Sequence record: PZ445428.1
DNA: 64,000 nt
From: a phage
Reading direction: 5' to 3' (one strand)
In this document: positions 34,442 through 44,182 of the stretch, piece after piece
How the letters are laid out: every line of letters begins with the position of its first letter
How positions within the stretch are numbered: the first letter of the stretch is position 1
The notes under the pieces: model-generated
What the model was told of the DNA's origin: nothing
Seen by the model: only the letters and a program-made list of their open reading frames with translations
The model's database searches: none
Translations under genes and position numbers: made by a program

Positions 34442-34737
34442 TGAATAAGTTTACTATTGCACTGATGATTTCCGCAGTTAGTTTCAGTTCTCTGGCATCC
34501 ACCAAAGTTTCTATGAAAAATGGTAATGTTAAAGTTCAGCAGAACGGCATTACCACTGAGTATGGTAAAGTCAGATTAGTAAAGGAGCGTAATGGTAATA
34601 TAGAAATTATGACCAATAAAAACTTCTCTACTCCAGCTATTACCATTCAGCGTAACGGTAATATTACTACCCAACGTTCCAACAATTCTGACTCGTTTAC
34701 TTGTCGTTATGATTGTGGTGTGGAAGTAGAAGAATGA
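34441..34737 (+). CDS. secreted small protein (signal peptide)
   Basis: ORF track; N-terminal MNKFTIALMISAVSFSSLAS. Confidence 0.5.
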   Translation: MNKFTIALMISAVSFSSLASTKVSMKNGNVKVQQNGITTEYGKVRLVKERNGNIEIMTNKNFSTPAITIQRNGNITTQRSNNSDSFTCRYDCGVEVEE

Positions 34738-35261
34738 TTACTCAAGAAAGGTTAAAAGAACTGCTAGAGTATAATCCTGAGACAGGACAATTTACTAATA
34801 AAATCCTAAGAGGTAGACTAAAGGTAGGTGCATTTGCAGGCACGTTAAGGTCTGATGGGTATATCCAAATAAGGCTTGATAAAAAAGCATATTATGCACA
34901 ACAACTAGCTTTCCTATATATGACAGGTATACTTCCAGAGGAAGTTGATCACATTAATAGGATTAGGTCGGATAACAGATGGGTTAATCTTAGAGAATCT
35001 AACAGACAAGAAAATAGTAGAAATCGTAAATCCACTAGTAACTCTGGATACTTAGGTGTGTCTTGGAATACAAAGGCACAGAAATGGCAAGTAATGGTGC
35101 GAAATTCCACGGGAAATAATATATTTGGTGGTTATTTTAACTATGAAGATTTAGATTATGCCGTTGCTAAAGCTAATGGATTACGACTAGAATTGCATGG
35201 AACTCTAGCAGTTATCGAAGAGTTTAGCGGTTTTCCACAAGAAAGAGAGAGAAGAACGTGA
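34734..35261 (+). CDS. HNH homing endonuclease (second copy)
   Basis: ORF track 34713..35261, start moved to ATG 34734; HNH core EVDHINRIRSDNRWVNLR plus AP2-like GYLGVSWNTKAQKWQ. Confidence 0.7.
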   Translation: MITQERLKELLEYNPETGQFTNKILRGRLKVGAFAGTLRSDGYIQIRLDKKAYYAQQLAFLYMTGILPEEVDHINRIRSDNRWVNLRESNRQENSRNRKSTSNSGYLGVSWNTKAQKWQVMVRNSTGNNIFGGYFNYEDLDYAVAKANGLRLELHGTLAVIEEFSGFPQERERRT

Positions 35262-35551
35262 AAGAAATAAACTTAAACAGTTACGCGAGGATTCTAGCGA
35301 CGGAACCAGTTCTGGAGTTCCTTCGTAAAGAACATACTGAATTCTGGCAAGAGTACAGCTTTGAGCATGGTTCAGAAGCAGCCGCAGCCTTTGCTAGAAA
35401 AAGAATTGACGAGTATGTTGACCCAGTAATTACTGATGGATTTATCAAGATGCCCCTTTGGGATCTGATGCAAAAATTCGGTGACACAATGGTAATGGGA
35501 CGAGTTCCTTACTTCACTGAAATCTACTTTGACGAAAAGGATATTAAATGA
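35258..35551 (+). CDS. hypothetical protein (97 aa), GTG start
   Basis: ORF track. Confidence 0.45.
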   Translation: MKEINLNSYARILATEPVLEFLRKEHTEFWQEYSFEHGSEAAAAFARKRIDEYVDPVITDGFIKMPLWDLMQKFGDTMVMGRVPYFTEIYFDEKDIK

Positions 35552-35832
35552 TTGTTTCTCCGTTTGCTCTTTGGTTTATTATTGGTGCAGTCGTTGCGAT
35601 TTACAGCTGTGTTGACGATGTGTTCTTCTCGAAAAACAAGGCTGTATTGTTAGAGCATATGCGGCGAACTTCCTCAGATATCTTAACCTTCTTTGGTGAG
35701 GAAAAGGCATACAAGATCGCTCTAGCAATATTTATTATATTTGACACATTATTCGGGCCGGTAGCTCTCTACGGATTCTATCGTAAAACCCGCAAGATGA
35801 AACAACTCAAAGCTGAATACTTTGGGAAGTAA
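35548..35832 (+). CDS. small membrane protein (94 aa)
   Basis: ORF track. Confidence 0.5.
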   Translation: MIVSPFALWFIIGAVVAIYSCVDDVFFSKNKAVLLEHMRRTSSDILTFFGEEKAYKIALAIFIIFDTLFGPVALYGFYRKTRKMKQLKAEYFGK

Positions 35833-35949
35833 AGAACTCGCGTAGGACCGAGTTAGTGTCACCTACTAACGTTACGGAGGGGAGTCGTGCCCCCGACAGG
35901 CAAAAGTGGTGAGTTGGTCGCTGACCTCAATTTTAACTTAGGAGCTAAC

Positions 35950-36294
35950 ATGACTTTTCTTTTAATTATTCTTGTTGCATGGCTGTTGATCGGAGCTGGT
36001 TATGCAATTGCACTTACTCGTCATCTTGATGAATACTCCGCTGAGTGGTTTGTAAAGTATCTACGACTAGACGATAAAGCTGAATCTTTTTCTAGTGAAG
36101 ATGAACGAAAAGCTGTTATGGAAATGACCCCGAAGCAATGTTTACGTTACATGCGTGTTGTTGGCTTCTTTGGTCTATTATTCCTTGGGCCGATTGGTAC
36201 TACAATCGCCCCGTACAAAGAAACAGTTGCCGACATCAAACTATGGAGAACTGCTGGATCGCTACGTCGTGCTAGAGAATTGAGTACCAAATAA
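35950..36294 (+). CDS. membrane protein (114 aa)
   Basis: ORF track 35887..36294, start moved to ATG after AGGAG. Confidence 0.5.
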   Translation: MTFLLIILVAWLLIGAGYAIALTRHLDEYSAEWFVKYLRLDDKAESFSSEDERKAVMEMTPKQCLRYMRVVGFFGLLFLGPIGTTIAPYKETVADIKLWRTAGSLRRARELSTK

Positions 36295-36335
36295 GATTGA
36301 TCTCAAATCAACTTACTAGCAAAACAATAATGACA

Positions 36336-36370
36336 AAGCCCAGCCTGCACTTTTGCGACTGGGCTATTTT
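36336..36370 (+). terminator. rho-independent terminator
   Basis: AGCCCAG...CTGGGCT hairpin followed by TTTTT. Confidence 0.6.
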
Positions 36371-36386
36371 TGTAATAAAATTTCAG

Positions 36387-36415
36387 TTGCGTAGATGCCC
36401 AAAGTCTTGTATAAT
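36387..36415 (+). promoter_or_regulatory. early promoter cassette (-35 TTGCGT, -10 TATAAT)
   Basis: Hexamers with 17-bp spacer. Confidence 0.55.
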
Positions 36416-36446
36416 ATGTTTATAGATTGAGGCAAAAGGATAATTT

Positions 36447-37145
36447 ATGAGAATCATTTCAAAGTTTAATGATGTTTATGATTTACAGAACAGTTTATTT
36501 GACCCCGACCGTGTTTGGGAACGTAAATCAGACGAGATTCTGGTAAAAGTAACTGAAGATGTAGAAAAGAACATCGTTCATGATCGCCAAGTATTTCAAG
36601 AAGGCTCTATGTCCTTCCGCGGTGACTTCGAGTATCATGTAAATCCACTATTCGTTGCAGGTGAAGTGTACTGGTTACATGGGTTATACTGCTGGCATCC
36701 AAAATTCAGCTTCAAAACGTTTAATCTCGATGCAGTGTTCGACAAAATGGAAGAAATGGGATTACACGCTCGCTCTTACTTACTAGACAAAAGTCGTGGT
36801 GATGTTCGAGAATCCATGCGAGATATGCTGATTGAGGCAAAACCAAAAGCAGAACGTATCTTATCTGAGCTGAGAGTACCGATTGCGTATGTGAAGGGTA
36901 TTAAGAAGAACGACAACGATGATATTCGTAACTTCGTTATTCAGACCAACATTCGTTTCCATCAGTCAGGTATTCCGTGGCAGGAAATTGAAAGTAACTT
37001 ATATCGTTTACACCAAGTTCTCGAACAGTATATCTTCGGAGTGCTAGGAACTGGTGAGCCTGATATGATCACCGTATCAGATAAAGACAGGTTAGCAGCT
37101 CATGGTTTCGATACAAAAACTTCTTTCAGGAATATGGCAAGGTAA
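36447..37145 (+). CDS. hypothetical protein (232 aa)
   Basis: ORF track. Confidence 0.55.
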   Translation: MRIISKFNDVYDLQNSLFDPDRVWERKSDEILVKVTEDVEKNIVHDRQVFQEGSMSFRGDFEYHVNPLFVAGEVYWLHGLYCWHPKFSFKTFNLDAVFDKMEEMGLHARSYLLDKSRGDVRESMRDMLIEAKPKAERILSELRVPIAYVKGIKKNDNDDIRNFVIQTNIRFHQSGIPWQEIESNLYRLHQVLEQYIFGVLGTGEPDMITVSDKDRLAAHGFDTKTSFRNMAR

Positions 37146-37551
37146 GTGGTATATTCTGGGAGCTGGACTAGCGATAGGCATCGGATTTGGTGCTTATCAT
37201 CTAGTAAATAAGGTAGAGACTTTAGCAGGAGATCTAGCGGTAGCTACTAAAAAGATCTCAACTCTAGAAACTTCCTTAAACAAGGTGAAAGCAGAGAGTG
37301 AACAGCGTGAAACACGCATGAATCAATACTTCACTTTCCACAACATTTCACAACAAGATCTTGATAAAAAGATCGCCCAGCTTGATAAAGCTCTTAGTCG
37401 TCAAGACATTATAGCTGCAAAGCCTGGACTGGTAACATTAATAGCTAAAAAGCAGAGTAAAGAGTTCGAGGAAAGATTAGCATGTTTAACTGGAAACTTG
37501 GAATACTGCTCGCAGCCGCAATCACCGTCACAGGCTGCGCAGAAACGGTAG
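37102..37551 (+). CDS. membrane-anchored coiled-coil protein (i-spanin-like?)
   Basis: ORF track; N-terminal TM then coiled-coil; overlaps downstream lipoprotein gene. Confidence 0.3.
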   Translation: MVSIQKLLSGIWQGKWYILGAGLAIGIGFGAYHLVNKVETLAGDLAVATKKISTLETSLNKVKAESEQRETRMNQYFTFHNISQQDLDKKIAQLDKALSRQDIIAAKPGLVTLIAKKQSKEFEERLACLTGNLEYCSQPQSPSQAAQKR

Positions 37552-37835
37552 TACCAGAGCCGTCACATGAGTTAAAGCAAGCCCATGTGGATTGGCCTAA
37601 AGGACTTCAGCCTTGTAGCTTTGATTTCAAATTCGAAAAGAAACTAGCTACAAATGGTGAAGATGGCGTAGTAGTTGTTGTACCGTATAAAGATTGGAAT
37701 ATGTTAGCGAAATGTCGTGAGGCAGAATTTTCGTATATTTCAAGACTGACTAGTATGGTTTGCTTCTACCGCCAAGATTTACAAGAACAACGTTGCTTAG
37801 TTTACTATCCACCCATTACAAATAGGAAAGATTAA
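37482..37835 (+). CDS. lipoprotein (o-spanin-like?)
   Basis: ORF track; lipobox ...AITVTGC; embedded in 3' end of preceding ORF in another frame. Confidence 0.4.
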   Translation: MFNWKLGILLAAAITVTGCAETVVPEPSHELKQAHVDWPKGLQPCSFDFKFEKKLATNGEDGVVVVVPYKDWNMLAKCREAEFSYISRLTSMVCFYRQDLQEQRCLVYYPPITNRKD

Positions 37836-38581
37836 TGTCAGTATTAGTCGGTTTACATGGTGAGGCTGGTGCGGGGAAAGATACCGTAGCAAAATTGATG
37901 TTAGAATGGTGCAATGATACGTTCCCAACGTATTTAGCCCGCCAATACAGTTTTGCTAAACCCGTTTACGAACTTGCATCCGTAATCCTCGGGGTAACTC
38001 CAGAGTTTCTGGGAGAGCGCAGGGGAAAAGAGGTTAGTCAATGGTTTAATGTGACTCAATCTCAATTGGAGCGAGCTAGGGATGTGTGGTTTAAATACGG
38101 AATCGACAAATATGAAGACTTCTCGTACGTTTGGCCGATTTTTGAAGGAAAATACCTTGATCCTCAGCAGCTTATCAGTCAGGAGGAAGCACTATATAGT
38201 GTATTTATCTCCCCAAGAAAGATGCTACAGCTTGTAGGTACTGAGTTAGGAAGGCAGCTGGTGCATGAACGCATTTGGCTCATAATTCTGGAGCAATCCA
38301 TCGCTAAAGACGACCCAGACGTCGCCGTAGTAACAGATGTGAGATTCCCTAATGAAGGAGAGTTGATCAGAGAAACAAATCGTCTAGATATGGATTCTCT
38401 GTTAGTAAATGTCGTACCCGCGGAACGTGAATATACTATAAAGACAAACCATCCGTCAGAAAATGGTATTCCCGTTAAATACATTACTCACGAATTTGTT
38501 AATACATTCGAGGGTATGCACAACCTTAAACTAGAAGTAAATAACTTCTGTGACTTAGAGCTAGAACCACTAGTTGGATAA
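37835..38581 (+). CDS. dnk: deoxynucleoside monophosphate kinase
   Basis: N-terminal P-loop GLHGEAGAGKDT resembles phage dNMP kinases. Confidence 0.6.
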   Translation: MSVLVGLHGEAGAGKDTVAKLMLEWCNDTFPTYLARQYSFAKPVYELASVILGVTPEFLGERRGKEVSQWFNVTQSQLERARDVWFKYGIDKYEDFSYVWPIFEGKYLDPQQLISQEEALYSVFISPRKMLQLVGTELGRQLVHERIWLIILEQSIAKDDPDVAVVTDVRFPNEGELIRETNRLDMDSLLVNVVPAEREYTIKTNHPSENGIPVKYITHEFVNTFEGMHNLKLEVNNFCDLELEPLVG

Positions 38582-38594
38582 TTAAAGGATCACT

Positions 38595-39194
38595 ATGACT
38601 AATAAGAAAGAAGAGAAGACTAACCTGTTTCACACTGTTCGCCAATCTAACGAATATACCTTTTTCTTTGACGAAGAATTAGGTTCACCAGATGAGTATC
38701 GTGATCTTTCAATGATACTGATGCAGGCTGGTGAAGAAGATGAAATTAATCTGATGATTAATGGGCCTGGTGGTTATGTTGATACTGCTGCACAGCTATC
38801 TAACCTGATTGCCAACTGTCGTGGAACGGTTATTGGACACCTGCTCGGTCCTAGTGCCTCTGCTTACTGCACAATCTTCCTGTCTTGCCACGGTTGGGTT
38901 GTACATCCACATGCTACGCTTATGGGACATACGTTCTCTGGCGGATTCTGTGAGAAAGGTCAAGAAATCAAGAAAGCCTATGAATCTTACAACCAGTTCG
39001 TAGAAGATATGATGCTCGATGTTTACTTCCCGTTCTTCTCCATCGATGAAATCGAGGATATGGTAAAAGAGAATAAAAATATCTATCTCGACAGCAAAGA
39101 AATCAATAAGCGTATTGAAGTATTGGCGAACTATCGCAAAGAGCAGTACAGTAAAGCTCAATGCCCTCATCCAGAAGAACATGGAGAAGTGTAA
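38595..39194 (+). CDS. ClpP-like serine peptidase (putative)
   Basis: INGPGGYVDTAAQLSNLI resembles ClpP INSPGG... segment. Confidence 0.4.
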   Translation: MTNKKEEKTNLFHTVRQSNEYTFFFDEELGSPDEYRDLSMILMQAGEEDEINLMINGPGGYVDTAAQLSNLIANCRGTVIGHLLGPSASAYCTIFLSCHGWVVHPHATLMGHTFSGGFCEKGQEIKKAYESYNQFVEDMMLDVYFPFFSIDEIEDMVKENKNIYLDSKEINKRIEVLANYRKEQYSKAQCPHPEEHGEV

Positions 39195-39203
39195 GTAATT
39201 TTA

Positions 39204-39235
39204 AGCCAGAGTTTAACGACTCTGGCTTTTCTTTT
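39204..39235 (+). terminator. rho-independent terminator
   Basis: AAGCCAGAGT-ttaacg-ACTCTGGCTT followed by TTCTTTT. Confidence 0.6.
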
Positions 39236-39297
39236 GCCTAAAATTCTTCTTGACAACGATAAAAAATTGTGCTCCAGAAGTGAACTTTAAAAACACG

Positions 39298-39326
39298 TTG
39301 TAATTTTCCTCTAGACTTAGTATAAT
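39298..39326 (+). promoter_or_regulatory. promoter (-35 TTGTAA, -10 TATAAT) for lysis genes
   Basis: Hexamers with 17-bp spacer; additional TTGACA at about 39250. Confidence 0.45.
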
Positions 39327-39350
39327 GGTAATGGTTAGAGGAGGTTACAA

Positions 39351-40007
39351 GTGGAAAAGTTTCTACAACTATTAACGGTACTGCTCCAAGAAGCGAAAGA
39401 TCCAGCTTCGCTTCTAAAACGTCTGCTAACTATCTTAGTTGCTGTCATTATTTTCTTATTTGTTAGTAATACTAGCGAGGTGATGTCATTTTTAAAGACT
39501 TTCTCCACGTCTGCGGTTTTACAGGATGTTCAAACCCAAAGGATCGATAACTTTCCTAATATAGCTCGAGAAAAGAGTATGGTGCTTTTCTCGCAAACGG
39601 GTGCGGATGCTGTTTTTGTAGTCAAGTATAAACCCGATGCTATTAATGATTATTCCAACATTATCGCATGGGAGAGCAATGCGCAATTAGATAGGGCTGA
39701 CTTGGCCGATAAAGCAGTAAATAAGACGTCTGAAATGTATAGACGTCACCTGGAAGGCTTTAACTACGCTTCGGACTTAACTGTAAAGATTAATAAATAT
39801 ATGGGGGCAAATATCCCTACGTTTAAGAACGTTACATTTAATTATATTTACACGTGTCCGTATTTCAACCTGAATAATATCTACGCTGGATATGTAGGTA
39901 TTGCATGGAAGGATAAACCCGTAGATACAGCTGACTCGGAACAATTTAACGAGTACTTAACAAAGCTTTGCTCACCGCAGCAAAGATCATTAGGTAGATC
40001 TATATGA
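39351..40007 (+). CDS. putative holin / membrane protein
   Basis: GTG start after AGAGGAGG; N-terminal TM segment; immediately upstream of, and overlapping, the endolysin gene. Confidence 0.45.
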   Translation: MEKFLQLLTVLLQEAKDPASLLKRLLTILVAVIIFLFVSNTSEVMSFLKTFSTSAVLQDVQTQRIDNFPNIAREKSMVLFSQTGADAVFVVKYKPDAINDYSNIIAWESNAQLDRADLADKAVNKTSEMYRRHLEGFNYASDLTVKINKYMGANIPTFKNVTFNYIYTCPYFNLNNIYAGYVGIAWKDKPVDTADSEQFNEYLTKLCSPQQRSLGRSI

Positions 40008-40417
40008 GTTTTAAATTTGGTAAAAATAGCGAAAAACAACTTGCTACTGTAAAACCCGAGCTACAAAAGGTAGCTCGGAGAGCATTAGAACTGTCTCCTT
40101 ACGATTTTACTATCGTTCAAGGGATTCGTACTGTTGCTCAAAGTGCCCAAAACATTGCTAATGGCACATCATTCCTCAAAGATCCTAGTAAGAGTAAACA
40201 CGTTACTGGAGATGCAATCGATTTTGCACCATATATTAATGGTAAGATTGATTGGAACGATCTTGAGGCATTTTGGGCTGTTAAGAAGGCTTTCGAACAA
40301 GCTGGAAAAGAATTGGGCGTGAAACTTCGTTTCGGGGCTGACTGGAATGCATCTAACGATTATCGTGATGAAATTCAACGTGGTACCTACGACGGTGGTC
40401 ATGTAGAATTGGTTTAA
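40004..40417 (+). CDS. lys: endolysin, L-alanyl-D-glutamate peptidase (M15-like)
   Basis: 137-aa ORF; sequence and length as expected for T5-type endolysin; Zn-ligand-like H/D residues. Confidence 0.7.
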   Translation: MSFKFGKNSEKQLATVKPELQKVARRALELSPYDFTIVQGIRTVAQSAQNIANGTSFLKDPSKSKHVTGDAIDFAPYINGKIDWNDLEAFWAVKKAFEQAGKELGVKLRFGADWNASNDYRDEIQRGTYDGGHVELV

Positions 40418-40428
40418 ATAGTAAGGTA

Positions 40429-40452
40429 AGGCGGGGTTCTCCCGCCTTTTAA
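40429..40452 (+). terminator. rho-independent terminator after endolysin
   Basis: AGGCGGGG-ttct-CCCGCCTT followed by TTTT. Confidence 0.6.
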
Positions 40453-40492
40453 AGCAAAGGGGGCTTTAATAACTTAATGATAGGAGAAAGCC

Positions 40493-40909
40493 ATGTTTGC
40501 AGAACTATTCACAATGACGCTATTAGGTATCTGGAAAATAAGTCTGATAGTGTTCGTCTTAATGATAATTTTAACTATAGTCGCACTAGTCACCCAAAAT
40601 GACCTACTAAAAAGAGTCATCCAAGGGCTAGAGTATATAATTATGGGCACATTCGGTGTTTGCAAATGTAAATGCCAGAGGAATACGAAATATTGTTGGT
40701 TATGGATGGAATTAGAAAGCTGTCTATCTGTCGCCTTGGCTGTCTCATTCGGTATGATTCTTATGGCCCTTACTCTAGCACTGATACCATTAATGCTGGC
40801 TGGGGGAGTCACGGCTTATTTCACTCTTTTCTCCCCTATACTTATGTATTCAATCTACCCAATCACTATGTTCTTAGTGAGGAAGAGATTCCCGCATATT
40901 GCACATTAA
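40493..40909 (+). CDS. membrane protein (138 aa)
   Basis: ORF track; TAGGAGAAAG RBS; four hydrophobic segments. Confidence 0.5.
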   Translation: MFAELFTMTLLGIWKISLIVFVLMIILTIVALVTQNDLLKRVIQGLEYIIMGTFGVCKCKCQRNTKYCWLWMELESCLSVALAVSFGMILMALTLALIPLMLAGGVTAYFTLFSPILMYSIYPITMFLVRKRFPHIAH

Positions 40910-40922
40910 GATAAAAAAGTAA

Positions 40923-40951
40923 TTGACTTCCTGCTTAAATTTTTATATAAT
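40923..40951 (+). promoter_or_regulatory. early promoter cassette (-35 TTGACT, -10 TATAAT)
   Basis: Hexamers with 17-bp spacer. Confidence 0.6.
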
Positions 40952-40982
40952 ATATGTATAAATTGAATCAGAGGAGTTCACT

Positions 40983-41393
40983 ATGTCAGATCGTTTCTAT
41001 ACTCAGATGGCCAACCATTACAATATGGCTCCGTATGAATTGAACATCGCATTACGTGACCTCGATTCACCAGAGCGTCAGAAACTTGAGAAAAAGGCGG
41101 GAATTCGTATGTCTAGCAAGGGCAAAAAACTTACTCGTATTGACTTAAATACTATGCTAATGGAAGAGCTTGGCAGAAACATTGAAGGTCAAAAACTGCC
41201 TCTCAATGTGTTAGAATTGATGCTGGATAAAGTCAAGAAGAAAACTTATAAGAAAGTAGAAGTACCAGAAGGCAGGCTAAAAGCCCCTTATCAGGCTGCT
41301 GTATCCGAGTGCTTGGGAGCTACTTTAGATATGAGCACTGCGACTGTTAAAGTAATGAAGGCATTTTTGGAGGCCATTAATAAACATGAGTAA
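40983..41393 (+). CDS. hypothetical protein (136 aa)
   Basis: ORF track. Confidence 0.55.
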   Translation: MSDRFYTQMANHYNMAPYELNIALRDLDSPERQKLEKKAGIRMSSKGKKLTRIDLNTMLMEELGRNIEGQKLPLNVLELMLDKVKKKTYKKVEVPEGRLKAPYQAAVSECLGATLDMSTATVKVMKAFLEAINKHE

Positions 41394-41676
41394 ATTAGTA
41401 TATCTGTTAAAGGGATCTACCTGCAATCCGTGCAAACTTTTCGAGCCTGTGTTCGATAAAGTAGTGGATGAATACAGTTTGGAAGTCCATAAGGAAACTG
41501 ATAATACTGAGCTAATGCAGAAGTTTGGTGTACGCCAAGTTCCTGTTGTGGTTCTAGCAGATCGTCTCCCGAACGGTCGTATTGAGGCTAATCATATTAT
41601 GGTTGGTCGTCAGCTTCGTAAAGAAACTATGCACGAGGCTATCAAAACATTCCTGGAAGATAATCCAGAAGATTAA
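41386..41676 (+). CDS. thioredoxin-like protein
   Basis: CNPC active-site-like CxxC and VRQVPVVVL cis-Pro region. Confidence 0.5.
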   Translation: MSKLVYLLKGSTCNPCKLFEPVFDKVVDEYSLEVHKETDNTELMQKFGVRQVPVVVLADRLPNGRIEANHIMVGRQLRKETMHEAIKTFLEDNPED

Positions 41677-41683
41677 TAATTCA

Positions 41684-41713
41684 ACCCAGATCTTAGCTGA
41701 TCTGGGTTTTTTA
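41684..41713 (+). terminator. rho-independent terminator
   Basis: ACCCAGATC-ttagct-GATCTGGGT followed by TTTTTTATT. Confidence 0.65.
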
Positions 41714-41717
41714 TTAG

Positions 41718-41746
41718 TTGCTAAACGCTAAAATTTTTGATATAAT
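41718..41746 (+). promoter_or_regulatory. early promoter cassette (-35 TTGCTA, -10 TATAAT)
   Basis: Hexamers with 17-bp spacer. Confidence 0.6.
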
Positions 41747-41780
41747 ATACATATAAATTGATGAGAGGAGTATCAAATAA

Positions 41781-42161
41781 ATGAATTACGCTTACTTAAT
41801 AATCCATAATAACGTAGTTTGTGGTACTCGCGCTGTCGAAATGGGTATCACAGAAGAAAAGTATAACTCTTTGTCTGAATCGGAGCAAGAATACTATGTC
41901 GAACAAGCTGCTTGGGAATATGCTGAAGCTTATCCCGAAGAACGTGAAGGCCGCGTTACTATTGTTGTGTCTTTGGGCTTGGTTGGCTGTGATACCGAAG
42001 TTGATACAGATTTAGAAACGCTTGAAGAATGGGAAGAGCTAGATATTGGCGAACAAAACGCTATTATCAAAACATCTTTCTGGGAAGCAGTAGACTGCCA
42101 TGTAGTCTTTGAGCCTAACGATAACGAAGCTGAAAAGCACACTAATTGGATGACTCGATAA
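41781..42161 (+). CDS. hypothetical acidic protein (126 aa)
   Basis: ORF track. Confidence 0.5.
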   Translation: MNYAYLIIHNNVVCGTRAVEMGITEEKYNSLSESEQEYYVEQAAWEYAEAYPEEREGRVTIVVSLGLVGCDTEVDTDLETLEEWEELDIGEQNAIIKTSFWEAVDCHVVFEPNDNEAEKHTNWMTR

Positions 42162-43024
42162 TGAAAAAAGAATTTAATGTACATGAAACGCTGGTAGTTC
42201 CTGATACCGCTAACCTGTTCTTCGTAGGTGATATTCATGGTTGCCATGATATGCTGGAAGATGCACTCAAACTAGCAGGATACAAGGATCGTCGTGACTA
42301 TGTTGTTTGCGTTGGTGATCTAATCGACCGTGGTAAGCAGAATTTACAGGTTCTAGCGAAGTTCCTTTACAACCCACGTTTCCGCAGCGTTCGTGGCAAT
42401 CATGATCAGTTTATGATTGGTGGCGACTATGCCAACTGGATGTACAACGGTGGTAGTTGGGCAATGAATGATATGGATACTGATACCATTAAGGGTATTG
42501 CAGCAGATATGGCTGAAAAACTTCCAGTATTCATGACTATTCTGCATCGTGGCAAGAAGTATGGCGTAGTTCATGGTGGTGTCCCATTCCAATATAAGGA
42601 TAATGGGAATGATGTACATAAACCTAACTGGGATACTATCATTCAGACTATCGAAGCCAGCAAACTCGATAAGAATGATCATCCAGCATATTACATCGAG
42701 CCTTATCTGTGGGATCGTGATGTAATTCAGGAAATTGGGTTCAATCTGGCACGTCAAGGTGCTACAGATGAGTATTTCCAGCGGTACGCTAGCTTTAAGG
42801 CAGAATTAGTAATGGAAGTACCTCCGGTGGATGGTGTGGATTTCGTATTCCATGGTCATACTGGTGTTCCATATCCAATTCTGTACCAGAACCGTGTTTA
42901 CCTCGATACTGGCGGTGTTTTCAACGGCAAGTTGACGGTTGCGCAAGTTAGTGATGATGCTAACAAAATTATAACGTTTACCACAGATCGTGATGATAGC
43001 TGTGGTGTGCAGAGGGTTCTCTAA
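42161..43024 (+). CDS. Ser/Thr protein phosphatase (calcineurin-like metallophosphoesterase)
   Basis: ORF track 42146..43024, start moved to ATG overlapping upstream stop; GDIHGCHD, GDLIDRG, GNHD motifs. Confidence 0.7.
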   Translation: MKKEFNVHETLVVPDTANLFFVGDIHGCHDMLEDALKLAGYKDRRDYVVCVGDLIDRGKQNLQVLAKFLYNPRFRSVRGNHDQFMIGGDYANWMYNGGSWAMNDMDTDTIKGIAADMAEKLPVFMTILHRGKKYGVVHGGVPFQYKDNGNDVHKPNWDTIIQTIEASKLDKNDHPAYYIEPYLWDRDVIQEIGFNLARQGATDEYFQRYASFKAELVMEVPPVDGVDFVFHGHTGVPYPILYQNRVYLDTGGVFNGKLTVAQVSDDANKIITFTTDRDDSCGVQRVL

Positions 43025-43398
43025 TGGAACGCGAAGAACGTTACATAGTTATAAAGCTAGCCGATATTGAGAAAGCCCTAGAATTAGGGCATATCAATCA
43101 AAGCAACATTACTACGCTAGAGCATATCGTTACTAAGATATGGTATAGTCGTAATCAGCGTGGTAAAGAGGATCTCAAAACTGTCGTGGTAGAACAAGAT
43201 TGGCCTGAATATGAAAAAGTTTGGGAAATGCTTGAAGAACGGGATGAAAAAGAAGACTATGCCAACTCTGAGTATAATAGTGGGTGGGATAATGCATTAA
43301 TGCATATAGGTAGTGGCGAGAAACCTTACCTAATAAGAGGTATTAGCCCTTACGCTACAGGTTGGAATACTTATATGAAATCCTTGAGGAATGAATAA
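43024..43398 (+). CDS. hypothetical protein (124 aa)
   Basis: ORF track. Confidence 0.5.
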   Translation: MEREERYIVIKLADIEKALELGHINQSNITTLEHIVTKIWYSRNQRGKEDLKTVVVEQDWPEYEKVWEMLEERDEKEDYANSEYNSGWDNALMHIGSGEKPYLIRGISPYATGWNTYMKSLRNE

Positions 43399-44021
43399 TG
43401 AAAGTTAAATTCTGGTCGGATTTGCACTTAGACCACCCAGGGACATTACGTTTCCGTCCATGGTTTAAGAACATGAAAGAGCACGATGAATATATTCTGG
43501 ATACCCTATCCAAGCACATCGGCAAGCGTACTAAGCTCGTCCTGCTAGGAGACATTGCAGTAGGTCGTGAAGGTCTGGCAAAATTAAAATCGGTTATCTA
43601 CAACGTGCCGAACCAACTTATCCTGGGCAACCATGATGCTGAACGTCAGGGTCTGCGTATTAAAGATCTTGTAGACGTTTACGATGATATTCAGGCTCTA
43701 GGTAAGCAGACTGGTGGTGGCAAGAAGTTCTGGCTGTCACACTGCCCATTGCACGAAGCTGAACTTCGGGGTAAGGTAAACATCCACGGACACGTTCACA
43801 CCAATTCTGTACGTGACCAACGTTATATCAACGTTTCATTTGAAATGAGCAAGACACCGATTACTCTAGAAGATATCGTGTCTGGTAAGTATCAGACGTG
43901 GAACAAGATTGTTGACCCAATTACTGGTGTTGTATCTGAAATTAGCCAAGATATGGTTGATATCCTTAGTAAGGGGTTTACTTTCGCTGATGGACACCCT
44001 GTGAGGACTAACAATGTTTGA
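43398..44021 (+). CDS. metallophosphoesterase
   Basis: DLHLDHP...LGDIAVG...GNHD...GHVH motifs. Confidence 0.6.
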   Translation: MKVKFWSDLHLDHPGTLRFRPWFKNMKEHDEYILDTLSKHIGKRTKLVLLGDIAVGREGLAKLKSVIYNVPNQLILGNHDAERQGLRIKDLVDVYDDIQALGKQTGGGKKFWLSHCPLHEAELRGKVNIHGHVHTNSVRDQRYINVSFEMSKTPITLEDIVSGKYQTWNKIVDPITGVVSEISQDMVDILSKGFTFADGHPVRTNNV

Positions 44022-44123
44022 TTTTGATGGAATGGCTCGTGAAATATTTATTGCGATAGCAATAGTAGTTCTTATTTCTTTCTTCACTGGCCTAGGAATA
44101 GGCCTTTTATTTTAAAACTTCAG

Positions 44124-44152
44124 TTGCTAAAATGCTTTAATTTCTGTATAAT
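44124..44152 (+). promoter_or_regulatory. early promoter cassette (-35 TTGCTA, -10 TATAAT)
   Basis: Hexamers with 17-bp spacer. Confidence 0.6.
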
Positions 44153-44182
44153 TACTTTATAAATTGATGAGAAGGAATCAAA

